Origin: Dehalococcoidales bacterium
GTDB lineage: Bacteria; Chloroflexota; Dehalococcoidia; Dehalococcoidales; BS750m-G39
Direction of reading: 5' to 3'
Length of the DNA stretch: 64,000 nucleotides
Assembly: GCA_034419075.1 (NCBI GenBank)
Contig: DAOULR010000001.1
Location: forward strand, 1,766-65,765
Shown here: piece by piece, positions 1 through 10,648 of the stretch
Position numbering within the stretch: position 1 is the stretch's first letter
How the letters are laid out: every line of letters begins with the position of its first letter
Position numbers and translations under genes: made by a program
Notes under the pieces: generated by a model
What the model was told of the DNA's origin: nothing
The model's database searches: none
What the model saw: only the letters and a program-made list of their open reading frames with translations

Positions 1-920
1 CACCTCAATGCATTTCGGGGAGAACCAGCTATCACCGGGTTCGGTTGGCATTTCACCCCTACCCACAGCTCATCTGACAGTTTTGCATCACTGACCAGTT
101 CGGGCCTCCACTTCGATTTTATCGAAGCTTCACCCTGGCCATGGGTAGCTCACCCGGCTTCGGGTCTAATCCGTGCAACAAAGTCGCCCTGTTAGGACTC
201 GCTTTCGCTACGGCTTCGCAACGCAAGTTGCTTAACCAGCCACACAGATTAACTCACCGGCTCATTCTTCAATAGGCACGCCGTCAGAGCCCGAAGGCTC
301 CTCCGACTGCTTGTAAGCACATGGTTTCAGATTCTATTTCACTCCCCTCCCGGGGTGCTTTTCACCTTTCCCTCACGGTACTGGTTCACTATCGGTCATC
401 AAGGGTGTTTAGCCTTGCCCTGTGGTCAGGGCGGCTTCCCACAGGATTTCTCGTGTCCCGTGGTACTTAAGTACAGACCAGGAGCTTACCCCTTTCGTTT
501 ACGGGACTGTCACCCTCTATGGTTACCCTTTCCAGGGACCTTCAACTAGGGTTGGGTTTGTAACTCCTTGACCCATCCTGAGCTAAGTCCGGTCTGACTT
601 GCAACCCCCCATAAGCATAGGCCCCAGAGCCACTGAGCTTACAGGGTTTGGGCTGTTCCCTTTTCGTTCGCCACTACTTAGGGAATCTCTCTTGATTTCT
701 TTTCCTCAGGGTACTGAGATGTTTCACTTCCCCTGCTTACCTCCACCCAGCCTATGTGTTCAGCTGGGGGTACTCAAGGTTAACTTGAGTGGGTTACCCC
801 ATTCGGATATCCACGGTTAAGCTTGCTAGGCAGCTGACCGAGGCTTATCGCAGCCTTGCTACGTCCTTCATCGGCCCTTGATGCCAAGGCATTCACCATG
901 TGCCCTTTCCCGCTTGACCT
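1..920 (-). rRNA. rrl: 23S rRNA, 5' portion (continues beyond window start)
   Basis: The reverse complement of ~838-920 reads GGTCAAGCGGGAAAAGGGCACATGGTGAATGCCTTGGCATCAAGGGCCGATGAAGGACG, the conserved 23S 5' end. Conserved 23S segments continue to position 1. The 5' end is approximate. Confidence 0.97.
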
Positions 921-947
921 GCTTCAGATTTGATATTAGTCAGTCAA

Positions 948-1009
948 TATTCAATTGTTAAGGTGCTTAATACATAACTAAACGGCTTGGCGATTTGCAC
1001 CAAGCCGTT
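948..1009 (-). promoter_or_regulatory. rrn antitermination leader: boxB-like hairpin and boxA-like element
   Basis: Perfect 10-bp inverted repeat AACGGCTTGG (981-990) / CCAAGCCGTT (1000-1009), followed on the minus strand by GCACCTTAACAATTGAATA (boxA-like), just before the 23S 5' end. Confidence 0.6.
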
Positions 1010-1066
1010 CTTGGTTAAATCACCAAAGACCCTAGTTATGTATCAACGCCGTTCATAGGTAGCCAA

Positions 1067-1095
1067 ATACTAGCATAGTGGCGCCGCTTTGTCAA
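1067..1095 (-). promoter_or_regulatory. sigma70-type promoter for 23S rRNA
   Basis: Minus strand TTGACA (1095-1090), 17 nt spacer, TAGTAT (1072-1067), with an extended -10 TG. Confidence 0.75.
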
Positions 1096-1139
1096 GACGA
1101 TTTATTCATAAATTCCCCATGAATTTTAGGTATTGGTTG

Positions 1140-1169
1140 TTGACAGTTAGCCGCTGGCTGTGGTAGTAT
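1140..1169 (+). promoter_or_regulatory. sigma70-type promoter for the rpsL superoperon
   Basis: TTGACA (1140-1145), 18 nt spacer, TG-G-TAGTAT (1164-1169). Confidence 0.65.
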
Positions 1170-1306
1170 ATCAAGTTGCCGTTTGTTAGTTCGGCTGACA
1201 GTTAAAGATTGAAATTTTTTAGGGCTCAATCAGCAACGTCAGCTTGTGATGGATGAGCTATGGCTCATCCATTTAAATTGTATGCAGTGGAGGAATAACT
1301 AAAAAA

Positions 1307-1783
1307 GTGCCTACGGTTAACCAGTTAGTGCGCAAGGGACGCAGCCGGGCGGCTAAGAAGACTAAGGCGCCCGCGTTGCTGCTTAGCTATAATGCGCTGC
1401 GGAATAGAATGGTCACGGGGCGGGGTTCTCCCCAGAAGCGTGGGGTCTGCGTTCAGGTTAAGACCACCACCCCCAAGAAGCCTAATTCGGCATTGCGCAA
1501 GATAGCGCGCGTACGCCTGACCAATCAAATAGAGGTAACGGCTTATATCCCCGGTGAGGGGCATGAGCTTCAGGAACACTCGGTAGTGCTAATCCGCGGC
1601 GGGCGGGTCAAGGACCTGCCTGGCGTTCGCTATCATATTATCCGCGGCGCTCTGGACGCCACTGGTGTGGCTAATCGGCGTCAGGGGCGCAGTAAGTACG
1701 GAAGTAAACGGTCTGCTAGAGGCATAGTCGTGGAGGAGGCTCCGGTGGCGGAGGCGGCGACTGAAGCGGCGGCTGAGGAATAG
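1307..1783 (+). CDS. rpsL: 30S ribosomal protein S12 with acidic C-terminal tail
   Basis: [34 protein letters not shown] motifs; GTG start. Confidence 0.99.
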   Translation: MPTVNQLVRKGRSRAAKKTKAPALLLSYNALRNRMVTGRGSPQKRGVCVQVKTTTPKKPNSALRKIARVRLTNQIEVTAYIPGEGHELQEHSVVLIRGGRVKDLPGVRYHIIRGALDATGVANRRQGRSKYGSKRSARGIVVEEAPVAEAATEAAAEE

Positions 1784-1794
1784 GAGAGAGAGAA

Positions 1795-2265
1795 ATGCCT
1801 AGGCGGTCTCGTGCCACCAGAAGAGAGATAATCCCTGACGCCAAGTACCACAACGAAATCGTCGCCCGGTTAATTAACCGATTGATGCGGTGGGGTAAGA
1901 AGAGTCGGGCAGAGGAGGTAGTCTACGGCGCCCTGGCTATTATGCAGAAGCAGGGTTCCAAGGAGCCGGCGGCTACTTTAGAGCAGGCGGTGAAGAACGC
2001 CACTCCCCAGCTTGAGGTCAAACCCCGACGTGTCGGCGGCGCTACCTACCAGGTGCCCGTCGAGGTCCGCCCGGAGCGGGCCCTGTCGCTGGCTTTGCGC
2101 TGGCTGGTAGCTTCGGCCCGGGCGCGTGGCGGCAAGTCTATGGCGGAGAAGCTAGCGGGGGAACTTAGTGAAGCCGCGCGGGGAGAGGGAACAACTATAA
2201 AGAAGCGTGAGGATACCCACAAGATGGCTGAGGCCAACCGGGCCTTTGCCCATTACCGGTGGTAG
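1795..2265 (+). CDS. rpsG: 30S ribosomal protein S7
   Basis: [27 protein letters not shown] motifs. Confidence 0.99.
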   Translation: MPRRSRATRREIIPDAKYHNEIVARLINRLMRWGKKSRAEEVVYGALAIMQKQGSKEPAATLEQAVKNATPQLEVKPRRVGGATYQVPVEVRPERALSLALRWLVASARARGGKSMAEKLAGELSEAARGEGTTIKKREDTHKMAEANRAFAHYRW

Positions 2266-2276
2266 AGGATAGTAAG

Positions 2277-4355
2277 ATGTCGGAGCGTTTTCCTTTAGAT
2301 AAAATACGAAATATTGCTATTATCGCTCATATTGACGCGGGCAAGACCACCGTCACCGAGCGCATACTCTATCACACCGGTCGCACCTATAAGATCGGCG
2401 AGGTAGACGAGGGCACGGCGGTGATGGACTGGATGGAAGAGGAGAAGAAGCGGGGTATTACCATCACGGCGGCGGCGACCACCTGCTACTGGCAGGAGCA
2501 CCGCATCAACATCATCGATACCCCGGGCCATGTGGACTTCACCGCCGAGGTGGAGCGCAGCCTGAGGGTGCTCGATGGTGGGGTGGTGGTCTTCGATGCC
2601 GTGGCCGGCGTCGAGGCGCAGTCGGAGACGGTATGGCACCAGGCAGATAGATACAACGTTCCCCGCATCTGTTTCATAAATAAGATGGACCGGGTGGGGG
2701 CTAACTTTGAGCGCACGGTATCCATGATTGAAGAGATGCTGCGGGCTAAACCTCTGGTGGTGCAACTGCCCCTGGGCAGCGAGCCTTCCTTCGAGGGCGT
2801 CATCGACCTGGTGGAGAACAAGGCCTGGCGTTTCGAGGACGACCTTAAAGAGCCGCCCGTGGAGGTGGCCATACCCGAGTCGGAGCAGGCCAAGTGCGCC
2901 CAGGCCCGCCAGACTCTAATCGAGAAGCTGGCGGAGAGCGACGACCAGATACTGGCCCTCTATCTCGAAGGTGCCACCATTTCTCCCCAAGATTTGAGGC
3001 AGGCTTTAAGACGGGTGACCCTGGCGGTCAAAGGGGTGCCCGTTCTTTGCGGTAGTGCCCTGAAGAATAAGGGCGTGCGCCCCCTGCTCGATGCTATTGT
3101 TCACTACCTGCCTTCGCCGGAGGATATGCCGCCGGTGCGGGCTATCGATACCAGGGTGGGGGGTGAGGTTGCCCGTCCGCCCAAGGACGACGCCCCCTTT
3201 TCGGCGCTGGCCTTCAAGGTGGTTTCCGACCCCTTCGTCGGTCGGCTCGTCTATTTTAGAGTCTATTCGGGCACGGTAAAGGTCGGTGCCCAGGTGCTTA
3301 ATTCCACCCGCGGCAAGCGGGAGCGCATCGGGAGACTTTTGCGGATGCACGCCAACCGGCGGGAGGAGGAGGAAGAGGTGGGCGCCGGCGCTATTATCGC
3401 CACGCTGGGCTTAAAGAATACCTTTACCGGAGATACCCTTTGCCATTACTCCCAGCCCGTGCTCCTGGAGGCCATCCGCTTCCCCGAACCGGTCATCTCG
3501 GTATCCGTCGAGCCCAGGACCAGGGCTGACCAGGACAAGCTGGGGGGAGCGTTGCAGAGGCTGACCGAGGAAGACCCCACCTTCCGCGTCAACTACGACC
3601 AGGAGGCGGGACAGACGATTATTTCGGGCATGGGCGAGCTTCACATGGAGTTCCTGGTGAGCCGACTTATCAGCGAGTTCGGGGTGGAGGCCAAGATAGG
3701 CAAGCCCCGCGTATCCTACAAGGAAACGATTACCCAGCCCGTTGAGGTTGAGGGCAAGTTCATCCGCCAGAGCGGCGGGCACGGCCAGTACGGGCATGTC
3801 TTTATCAAGCTGGAACCAATGGAGCGGGGCGGCGGCTTCCAGTTCGTCGACCGCATCAAGGGCGGGGCGCTGCCCAAGCAGTTTATCCTGGCCGCCGAGG
3901 TCGGCATCAAAGAGGCTATGGAGACGGGGGTGGTGGCCGGCTATCCCGTAGTCGATGTCAAGGCCACCCTCTACGACGGCAGCTATCACGAAGTCGATTC
4001 TTCGGATATAGCCTTTAAGATGGCCGGTTCCATGGCGCTGCGGGACGGCGTGGCTAAGGCCAAGCCCATCCTGCTCGAGCCCATCATGAAACTGGAGATA
4101 GTTGCCCCTGAACAGTTCCTGGGTGATATAATGGGAGACCTCAACTCCAGACGGGGACATATTGTGTCCGTCGGGGCGCGTGAGACTATGTCGGTTATTC
4201 GCACCCTGGTACCGCTGGCGGAGACTTTTGGCTACGCCACTAATCTTCGTTCGCTGACGCAGGGTCGGGCGGCTTACTCACTGGAGTTCGACCACTATGA
4301 CCAGGTGCCGTCCGAGTTGGCTGACCAGATAACGGGCAAGGCGATGGCCCGATAA
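2277..4355 (+). CDS. fusA: elongation factor G
   Basis: [27 protein letters not shown] motifs. Start placed at ATG 2277 (MSERF), downstream of the rpsG stop. Confidence 0.98.
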   Translation: MSERFPLDKIRNIAIIAHIDAGKTTVTERILYHTGRTYKIGEVDEGTAVMDWMEEEKKRGITITAAATTCYWQEHRINIIDTPGHVDFTAEVERSLRVLDGGVVVFDAVAGVEAQSETVWHQADRYNVPRICFINKMDRVGANFERTVSMIEEMLRAKPLVVQLPLGSEPSFEGVIDLVENKAWRFEDDLKEPPVEVAIPESEQAKCAQARQTLIEKLAESDDQILALYLEGATISPQDLRQALRRVTLAVKGVPVLCGSALKNKGVRPLLDAIVHYLPSPEDMPPVRAIDTRVGGEVARPPKDDAPFSALAFKVVSDPFVGRLVYFRVYSGTVKVGAQVLNSTRGKRERIGRLLRMHANRREEEEEVGAGAIIATLGLKNTFTGDTLCHYSQPVLLEAIRFPEPVISVSVEPRTRADQDKLGGALQRLTEEDPTFRVNYDQEAGQTIISGMGELHMEFLVSRLISEFGVEAKIGKPRVSYKETITQPVEVEGKFIRQSGGHGQYGHVFIKLEPMERGGGFQFVDRIKGGALPKQFILAAEVGIKEAMETGVVAGYPVVDVKATLYDGSYHEVDSSDIAFKMAGSMALRDGVAKAKPILLEPIMKLEIVAPEQFLGDIMGDLNSRRGHIVSVGARETMSVIRTLVPLAETFGYATNLRSLTQGRAAYSLEFDHYDQVPSELADQITGKAMAR

Positions 4356-4367
4356 AAGAGGTAGAGT

Positions 4368-4679
4368 ATGCCTAAACAAAGGATTCGCATCAAGCTAAAG
4401 GGTTACGACCACAAGATTCTCGACCTGTCGGTGGAACAGATTGTGGCCGCTGTGGAGAGGACAGGGGCGGTGGTGGTGGGGCCGGTGCCGCTGCCCACGC
4501 GCATCCAGAAGTACAGCGTCATCCGTTCCCCCTTTATCGACAAGGACTCTCAGGAGCAGTTCGAGATACGGACGCACAAGAGACTAATCGACATCGTGGA
4601 GATGACATCCAAGACTATCGATGCCCTGAGCAGCCTCAACCTCCCCGCCGGGGTGGAGATAGACATTAAATCTAATTAA
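4368..4679 (+). CDS. rpsJ: 30S ribosomal protein S10
   Basis: [30 protein letters not shown] motifs. Confidence 0.99.
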   Translation: MPKQRIRIKLKGYDHKILDLSVEQIVAAVERTGAVVVGPVPLPTRIQKYSVIRSPFIDKDSQEQFEIRTHKRLIDIVEMTSKTIDALSSLNLPAGVEIDIKSN

Positions 4680-4698
4680 ATCTTAGGTTTATTAAACA

Positions 4699-5322
4699 AT
4701 GGTTAACGGTATTATTGGCAAAAAGTTGGGCATGGCGCAGGTCTTCGCCGAATCGGGTGAAGCCGAGGCGGTGACTGCTATCCAGGCGGGGCCCTGCGTG
4801 GTGACCCAGCTTAAGACGGATGATAAAGAAGGCTATAAGGCTGCCCAGCTCGGCTTCGGAGAAGCCAAAAGGCTCAACTCCCCCCGCAAGGGGCACCTCA
4901 AGAAGCTGGGGCAGTTCCAATATCTTCGGGAGTTCAGGGTGGCTGACACCGAAGGGATTAAGGTTGGTGATAAGATTGACGTGGGGCTGTTTAAAGAAGG
5001 CGACCTGGTCGATATTACCGGTGTCTCCAAGGGCAAGGGCTTTGCCGGCGTGGTGAAAAGGCACGGTTTTGCCGGCGGACCCAAGACCCACGGGCAGTCC
5101 GACCGCCACCGCGCCCCCGGCTCTATCGGGGCGACGACCTCGCCGGGTAGGGTGCTTAAGGGGAAGCGCATGGCGGGGCATATGGGTACCGATAAGGTGA
5201 CGGTGCGTCACCTCAAGGTATATAAGGCCGACCCCGAGCGCAACCTGTTGCTGGTTAAGGGGGCCGTTCCCGGCGCCAAGAACGGGCTGGTGCTTATCGA
5301 GAAACGGGAGGGGAAGAAATAA
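4699..5322 (+). CDS. rplC: 50S ribosomal protein L3
   Basis: [29 protein letters not shown] motifs. Confidence 0.99.
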   Translation: MVNGIIGKKLGMAQVFAESGEAEAVTAIQAGPCVVTQLKTDDKEGYKAAQLGFGEAKRLNSPRKGHLKKLGQFQYLREFRVADTEGIKVGDKIDVGLFKEGDLVDITGVSKGKGFAGVVKRHGFAGGPKTHGQSDRHRAPGSIGATTSPGRVLKGKRMAGHMGTDKVTVRHLKVYKADPERNLLLVKGAVPGAKNGLVLIEKREGKK

Positions 5323-5327
5323 AGACA

Positions 5328-5966
5328 GTGGAAGTTCCGGTTTACAACCTCGCTGGCGAGGTAGTGAAAAACATTGAGCTGAGCGACGAAGTCTTCGCCG
5401 TGCCCTTTAACGAGGCGGTGGTGCACCAGGCGCTGGTCAGGCAGCGGGCGAACGCCCGACAGGGCACGTCCAGCACCCAGACCCGCGGCGAGGTAACCGC
5501 CAGCACGGTCAAGCTCTTCCGGCAGAAGCACACCGGTATGGCGCGCGCCGGCAGCCGTAAGTCGCCGATAAGGCGAGGGGGCGGAGTTACCTTCGGGCCC
5601 AAGCCCAGGGACTACCGCCAGGACATGCCCAAGAAGATGCGCCAGCTGGCGATAAGGTGTGTGCTCTCGGCCAAGGCCAGGGACAAAGAGCTCAAGGTCT
5701 TTGAGGAGCCCAAGTTCGACCAGCCCAAGACCAAAGAGATGGCTGGGGTGCTGGCGGCACTGGGAATCAACTCCTCAGCCCTTATCGTTACCGATATGCC
5801 CGAGGAGAATCTAGTTAAGTCGGCGCGCAACCTGGCGGGGGTTAAGACCCTGCCCGCCCACATAATCAGCGTGGCCGACATTCTATCCTATAAGATGTTA
5901 CTGATGACGGAGTCGGCGGTGCGCCGCGCCGAACGGCTCTGGGGGGGTGGCCATGCATCTGTCTGA
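5328..5966 (+). CDS. rplD: 50S ribosomal protein L4
   Basis: RQKHTGMARAGSRKSPIRRGGGVTFGPKPR motif. Confidence 0.99.
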   Translation: MEVPVYNLAGEVVKNIELSDEVFAVPFNEAVVHQALVRQRANARQGTSSTQTRGEVTASTVKLFRQKHTGMARAGSRKSPIRRGGGVTFGPKPRDYRQDMPKKMRQLAIRCVLSAKARDKELKVFEEPKFDQPKTKEMAGVLAALGINSSALIVTDMPEENLVKSARNLAGVKTLPAHIISVADILSYKMLLMTESAVRRAERLWGGGHASV

Positions 5967-6240
5967 GGTATTGCGCCGTCCCCTGGTGACGGAGAAGAAT
6001 ACCGCCATCCAGGCGCCTCAGGGCAAGTACGCCTTCGAGGTCGCCGCGAGGGCGAACAAGGACCAGGTTAAGCTGGCCGTGGAGAAGGCTTTTAAGGTCG
6101 ATGTCACTCAGGTCAACGTGATGACCGTGCCGGGACGGAAGCGGATGATGCGGGGCAGAATGGTGATGACCCCGTCCTGGAGAAAGGCGATCGTCACTCT
6201 TAAACCTGGCGATAAAATAGAACTGTTCGAGGGGGTCTAG
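5953..6240 (+). CDS. rplW: 50S ribosomal protein L23
   Basis: RPLVTEK, KAVEKAFKVDV, WRKAIVTL motifs; operon position. Confidence 0.98.
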   Translation: MHLSEVLRRPLVTEKNTAIQAPQGKYAFEVAARANKDQVKLAVEKAFKVDVTQVNVMTVPGRKRMMRGRMVMTPSWRKAIVTLKPGDKIELFEGV

Positions 6241-7068
6241 GTGCCACTAAAGCAATATCGTCCCACATCTCCCGGCCGACGGGGCATGACCGGTTCCAGC
6301 TTTGAGGAAATAACCAAAGCCAAGCCGGAAAAGTCTCTGCTGGCCCCCAGGAAGAGGAAAGCGGGGCGAAGTAACCAGGGAAAGATAACGGTGCGTCACC
6401 GCGGCGGCGGCGCCAAGCGAAGACTGCGTGTACTGGACTTTAAGCGCAATAAGCTGGGCGTCCCTGGCCGCGTGGCTGCTATTGAATACGACCCCAATCG
6501 CTCGGCCCGTATCGCTCTCATCCACTATGCCGACGGGGACAAGCGCTATATACTCGCCCCCAACGAGCTTAAGGTGGACGACAGCATAAAATCGGGCCCC
6601 GATGCCGAGGTCAAACCGGGCAACGCCCTGCCCATGAAGCAAATCCCCACGGGCACCCTGATACATAACATCGAAATGGAGGTGGGAAAGGGGGGACAGC
6701 TGGTGCGCAGCGCCGGAGTCGCCGCCCAGCTGATGGCTAAGGAAGGAAACTACGCGCTGGTGCGCCTGCCCTCGGGTGAGATGCGGCGTATCAGCATCGA
6801 CTGCCTGGCTACTATCGGTCAGGTGGGTAATGTCGACCATCGCAGTGTTAATCTGGGCAAGGCAGGCCGCAAGCGCTGGTTGGGCTGGCGGCCTACAGTG
6901 AGGGGTTCGGCGATGACTCCCCGCGACCACCCCCACGGGGGTGGGGAGGGTAGAGCCCCCATAGGCTTGCCCGGACCGAAGACACCCTGGGGCAAGCCGG
7001 CCTTGGGCTACAGGACGCGCAAGGCCAAGGCTTCCGACAGAATGATTGTCAAGCGTAGGGGGAAGTGA
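6241..7068 (+). CDS. rplB: 50S ribosomal protein L2
   Basis: [34 protein letters not shown] motifs. Confidence 0.99.
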   Translation: MPLKQYRPTSPGRRGMTGSSFEEITKAKPEKSLLAPRKRKAGRSNQGKITVRHRGGGAKRRLRVLDFKRNKLGVPGRVAAIEYDPNRSARIALIHYADGDKRYILAPNELKVDDSIKSGPDAEVKPGNALPMKQIPTGTLIHNIEMEVGKGGQLVRSAGVAAQLMAKEGNYALVRLPSGEMRRISIDCLATIGQVGNVDHRSVNLGKAGRKRWLGWRPTVRGSAMTPRDHPHGGGEGRAPIGLPGPKTPWGKPALGYRTRKAKASDRMIVKRRGK

Positions 7069-7072
7069 CATA

Positions 7073-7366
7073 ATGTCGAGGTCAACCAAAAAGGGTCCGG
7101 CGATTGACGCCAAGCTGCTTAAGAAAGTGGAGGCGCTGAACCGCTCTGGGGAGAAGGCGGTGATAAAGACCTGGTCGCGCTGGTCTACCGTCATGCCCCA
7201 GATGGTGGGTCTTACCATCGGCGTCCACGACGGGCGGCGGCACGTGCCCATCTTCATCACCGAGAATATGGTGGGGCATAAGCTGGGCGAGTTCGCCATA
7301 TCCCGAACCTTCCGGGGCCACGGCTCCAGGGGGGAAAAGGTGACCCAGGTAAGGAAGAGGCCTTAA
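7073..7366 (+). CDS. rpsS: 30S ribosomal protein S19
   Basis: [18 protein letters not shown] motifs; start at ATG 7073. Confidence 0.99.
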   Translation: MSRSTKKGPAIDAKLLKKVEALNRSGEKAVIKTWSRWSTVMPQMVGLTIGVHDGRRHVPIFITENMVGHKLGEFAISRTFRGHGSRGEKVTQVRKRP

Positions 7367-7374
7367 GAGTATAA

Positions 7375-7713
7375 ATGGAAGTAAGAGCCGTATCTAAAGA
7401 TACCGGCATATCGCCGCGCAAGGTGCGCCCGCTGGTGGATATGGTGCGGGGCAAGAAGGTGGACGAGGCATTAACCCTGCTTCAGTTCACGCCCACCCCC
7501 ACCGCCCGCGTGGTGGCCAAGGTGGTGAAATCAGCCGCGTCTAACGCGGAGAATAATTATCAGATGGAACCAGCCGACTTGAGAATCGTCAACATATTTA
7601 CCGGCGAGGCGAGGACGTTAAAGAGGTTTCGCGCCCGGGCCAGGGGGCGAGCCAGCCGTATTCTCAAGCGTTCCAGCCATATCACCGTCGTCGTCGCTGA
7701 GGAGGAAGAGTAA
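7375..7713 (+). CDS. rplV: 50S ribosomal protein L22
   Basis: ISPRKVR, SAASNAENN, KRSSHITVVV motifs. Confidence 0.99.
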   Translation: MEVRAVSKDTGISPRKVRPLVDMVRGKKVDEALTLLQFTPTPTARVVAKVVKSAASNAENNYQMEPADLRIVNIFTGEARTLKRFRARARGRASRILKRSSHITVVVAEEEE

Positions 7714-8859
7714 TTGGGTCGTAAGGTTCACCCGTTCGGTTTCAGGCTAGGGGTCGTGCGCAACTGGCAGGCCAAGTGGTATGCTGACAAGAGCTATCTC
7801 GACTTCCTGCAGGAAGACCTGCAGCTTCGGAAAGCTATTGCCGCCGGATATGCCGAGGCGGGTATTTCGCTGGTGGAAATCGAGCGCCAGGCGAATAAGG
7901 TAGCTATAACCATCCATACCGCCCGCCCCGGTGTCGTCATCGGACGAGGGGGGCAGCGGGTGGATGAGATGAGGGCGAAGCTGGAAGAGCTAATCGGCAA
8001 GAGGATTCAGCTGAGTATCCTGGAGGTACAGCAGCCCGAGCTGGATGCCCACCTGGTAGCCAAGTCGGTGGCCGAGCAAATCGAGCACCGGGTGGCTTTC
8101 CGACGGGCGATGAAGCAGGCCATGTTCCGCACCATGCAGGCCGGAGCCAAGGGCATGAGAATCAGTTGTTCGGGCCGGCTGGGTGGTGCCGAGATAGCCC
8201 GCCGCGAGGTTATGCATCAGGGGCAGGTGCCCCTGCATACGCTGCGGGCCGATATCGATTACGGCTTTACCGAGGCGCGCACCACGCTAGGGCGCATCGG
8301 GGTTAAGGCCTGGGTCTACCGGGGCGACATTCTCCCCGAGACCACCCGGCCCGAGGCTGAGGAAGCCCCCGAAGCCGCTGAAGAGGCAGTAAAGCCACCG
8401 GCAGCGCCGCCGAAGAGGGCTAAGGCAAAAGCAGAAGCAGTCGCTGAAGAAAAACCAGAAGCTAAACCGGAGGCGGTCGTAGAAGAGAAAGAAGAAGCGG
8501 TCGCTGAGGAAAAGCCAGAGGCAAAGGCGGAGGCTGTCGCTGAGGAAAAACCTAAGGCGAAAGCGAAAGCGGTCGCTGAAAAGAAACCTAAGGTAAAGGC
8601 GGAGGCGGTCGTCGAGGAGAAGCCGAAGAAGAAGACCGCCAAGCCGAAGAAAGCGGCAGCGAAGAAGGCAGAGAAACCGGTAGAGGAGGCTCCAAAAGCG
8701 GAGAAAAAAGCCGAAAAGCCAGCGGAACCTCCCAAGGCGGAGAAGAAGACGACCAAGCGCAAAACCAAGAAGACCACCGGGGAGAAAGCCCCCGTAGCCG
8801 AGGATAAAGAGGAGAAAGATGCTACAGCCCAAGAGGGTGAAGTACCGCAAGAGTCATAA
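7714..8859 (+). CDS. rpsC: 30S ribosomal protein S3 with ~170-aa low-complexity C-terminal extension
   Basis: [46 protein letters not shown] motifs; TTG start. Confidence 0.98.
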   Translation: MGRKVHPFGFRLGVVRNWQAKWYADKSYLDFLQEDLQLRKAIAAGYAEAGISLVEIERQANKVAITIHTARPGVVIGRGGQRVDEMRAKLEELIGKRIQLSILEVQQPELDAHLVAKSVAEQIEHRVAFRRAMKQAMFRTMQAGAKGMRISCSGRLGGAEIARREVMHQGQVPLHTLRADIDYGFTEARTTLGRIGVKAWVYRGDILPETTRPEAEEAPEAAEEAVKPPAAPPKRAKAKAEAVAEEKPEAKPEAVVEEKEEAVAEEKPEAKAEAVAEEKPKAKAKAVAEKKPKVKAEAVVEEKPKKKTAKPKKAAAKKAEKPVEEAPKAEKKAEKPAEPPKAEKKTTKRKTKKTTGEKAPVAEDKEEKDATAQEGEVPQES

Positions 8860-9259
8860 GGGACACCGCCGGGGCAGCGCCCAGTCGGGTAACAGCGTTG
8901 ACTTCGGTGATTTCGGCCTGAAGGCGCTGGAATCGGCCTGGCTTACCAGCCGGCAGATTGAGGCAGCGCGGCGGGCAATCACCCGTTATATACGCCGTGG
9001 CGGCAACGTCTGGGTGCGCGTCTATCCCGACAAACCGGTGACCAAGAAACCCGCCGAGACCCGGATGGGTGGGGGCAAAGGCGCCCCCGACCACTGGGTG
9101 GCGGTGGTTAAACCGGGCCGGATGCTCTTTGAGATGGGTGGAGTCAGCGAGGAGGTGGCCAAGGGAGCCATGCGCCTGGCGGCGCACAAGCTGCCCATAA
9201 GCACCAAGTTTGTGGCCAGGGATACCGGCGCCGTGGAGGCGGGGGGTGATGCTGGATGA
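8819..9259 (+). CDS. rplP: 50S ribosomal protein L16
   Basis: [29 protein letters not shown] motifs. Confidence 0.99.
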   Translation: MLQPKRVKYRKSHKGHRRGSAQSGNSVDFGDFGLKALESAWLTSRQIEAARRAITRYIRRGGNVWVRVYPDKPVTKKPAETRMGGGKGAPDHWVAVVKPGRMLFEMGGVSEEVAKGAMRLAAHKLPISTKFVARDTGAVEAGGDAG

Positions 9260-9453
9260 AGCTGGAGGAGATTAGGGCGCTGGGTAACGAGGCGTTAGCC
9301 AAGCAGCTGGAGGAGGCTCATCAAGAGCTGTTTAACCTCCGCTTTCGCCTGGAGACTAAGCAGCTGGTGAACCACCGCGAGCTTGCCCGGGCCCGAAAGC
9401 AGATTGCCAGAATCGAAACCGTAATCAAGGAAAGAGAACTGGGGATAAGGTGA
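9256..9453 (+). CDS. rpmC: 50S ribosomal protein L29
   Basis: [17 protein letters not shown] motifs; operon position. Confidence 0.97.
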   Translation: MKLEEIRALGNEALAKQLEEAHQELFNLRFRLETKQLVNHRELARARKQIARIETVIKERELGIR

Positions 9454-9959
9454 TGACCGAAGAGACCAAGCGAAAAGTCAGGCTGGGGCATGTGGTCAGC
9501 GACCGTATGGATAAGACGGTGGTGGTGGAGGTCTCTGGCCCAAAGCGGCACCCTTTGTATAAGAAGACCATCCGCCGGGTGGTCAGGTATAAGGCTCACG
9601 ATGAGAAGAACGAGTGCCAGATAGGGGATAAAGTGCGAATTGTGGAGACCAGGCCCCTTTCCAAAGAGAAGCGGTGGCGGGTGGCGGAGATAATTACCAA
9701 GGGCGAAGTGGTCGAGGTTTCACCCGAAGAGATAACCCGGGAGGACCTGGAGAAGGTTATACCCGAGAAGAAGGCTAAGGAAGCCGCCGAGGTCAAAGCC
9801 GAAGCCAGCGAAGAACTGAAGGAAGAGGTCAAGCCCGAAGCTAAGGAAAAGGCCAAGAAAGAGGCCAAGGCCGAAGCCAAGGAAGAGGCTAAAGAAGAAA
9901 TCAAAGAAGACACTGAAGAAGAGAAGAAGGAAAAAGCCGATAAAGAAAGCTCGGAATAG
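9453..9959 (+). CDS. rpsQ: 30S ribosomal protein S17 with ~85-aa E/K-rich C-terminal extension
   Basis: [36 protein letters not shown] motifs. Confidence 0.98.
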   Translation: MTEETKRKVRLGHVVSDRMDKTVVVEVSGPKRHPLYKKTIRRVVRYKAHDEKNECQIGDKVRIVETRPLSKEKRWRVAEIITKGEVVEVSPEEITREDLEKVIPEKKAKEAAEVKAEASEELKEEVKPEAKEKAKKEAKAEAKEEAKEEIKEDTEEEKKEKADKESSE

Positions 9960-9965
9960 ATAGCT

Positions 9966-10334
9966 ATGATTCAAGCCTATACCAGAATGAAAGCGGCCGA
10001 TAATACCGGGGCCAAGGAGATAATGTGCATCAACGTCCTGGGCGGCACCAGGCGCAAGTACGCCCGCGTGGGCGATATTATCGTGGCCTCGGTAAAGAAG
10101 GCGACGCCGAGAGGGGTGGTCAAGAAGGGGGAGGTGGTCAGGGCGGTGATTGTTCGCTGTGTCCAGCCCTATCGGCGGACTGACGGCTCTTACGTCAGGT
10201 TCGACGAGAACGCCGCCGTCATTCTAACCGATAAGAATAACCCGAAAGGGACGAGGATATTCGGGCCGGTAGCCAGGGAGCTGAGAGACAAGGACTTCAC
10301 CAAGATTATCTCGCTGGCGCCCGAGGTACTGTGA
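9966..10334 (+). CDS. rplN: 50S ribosomal protein L14
   Basis: [34 protein letters not shown] motifs. Confidence 0.99.
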   Translation: MIQAYTRMKAADNTGAKEIMCINVLGGTRRKYARVGDIIVASVKKATPRGVVKKGEVVRAVIVRCVQPYRRTDGSYVRFDENAAVILTDKNNPKGTRIFGPVARELRDKDFTKIISLAPEVL

Positions 10335-10648
10335 AAATGAACATCAGAAAGAACGATACCGTGCTGGTTATCGCCGGTAAGGACCGGGGGAAAAGGGGCC
10401 GAGTGCGCTTTGCCTACCCCAAGAAGGAACGGCTGCTGGTAGAGGGTATCAACTTTGTCAAGAAACACAGCCGCGCCCAAGGCGCCGTCAGGCAGGCGGG
10501 TATCATTGAGCGCGAGGCGCCTATCCATATCTCGAACGTTATGCTGATATGTAATAAGTGCGATAAGCCAGTCCGGGTCGGGTCGCGCTTTCTGGCCGAT
10601 GGCCGTAAGGTCCGCTTCTGCCGGTCCTGTGGGGAGGTGGTTGATTAA
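10331..10648 (+). CDS. rplX: 50S ribosomal protein L24
   Basis: [15 protein letters not shown] (KOW), EAPIHISNV motifs. Confidence 0.99.
   Translation: MKMNIRKNDTVLVIAGKDRGKRGRVRFAYPKKERLLVEGINFVKKHSRAQGAVRQAGIIEREAPIHISNVMLICNKCDKPVRVGSRFLADGRKVRFCRSCGEVVD

Noticed and set aside
355-820. ORFs 355-549 and 599-820
   Set aside because: They are antisense to conserved 23S rRNA sequence and are a known source of spurious ORFs.
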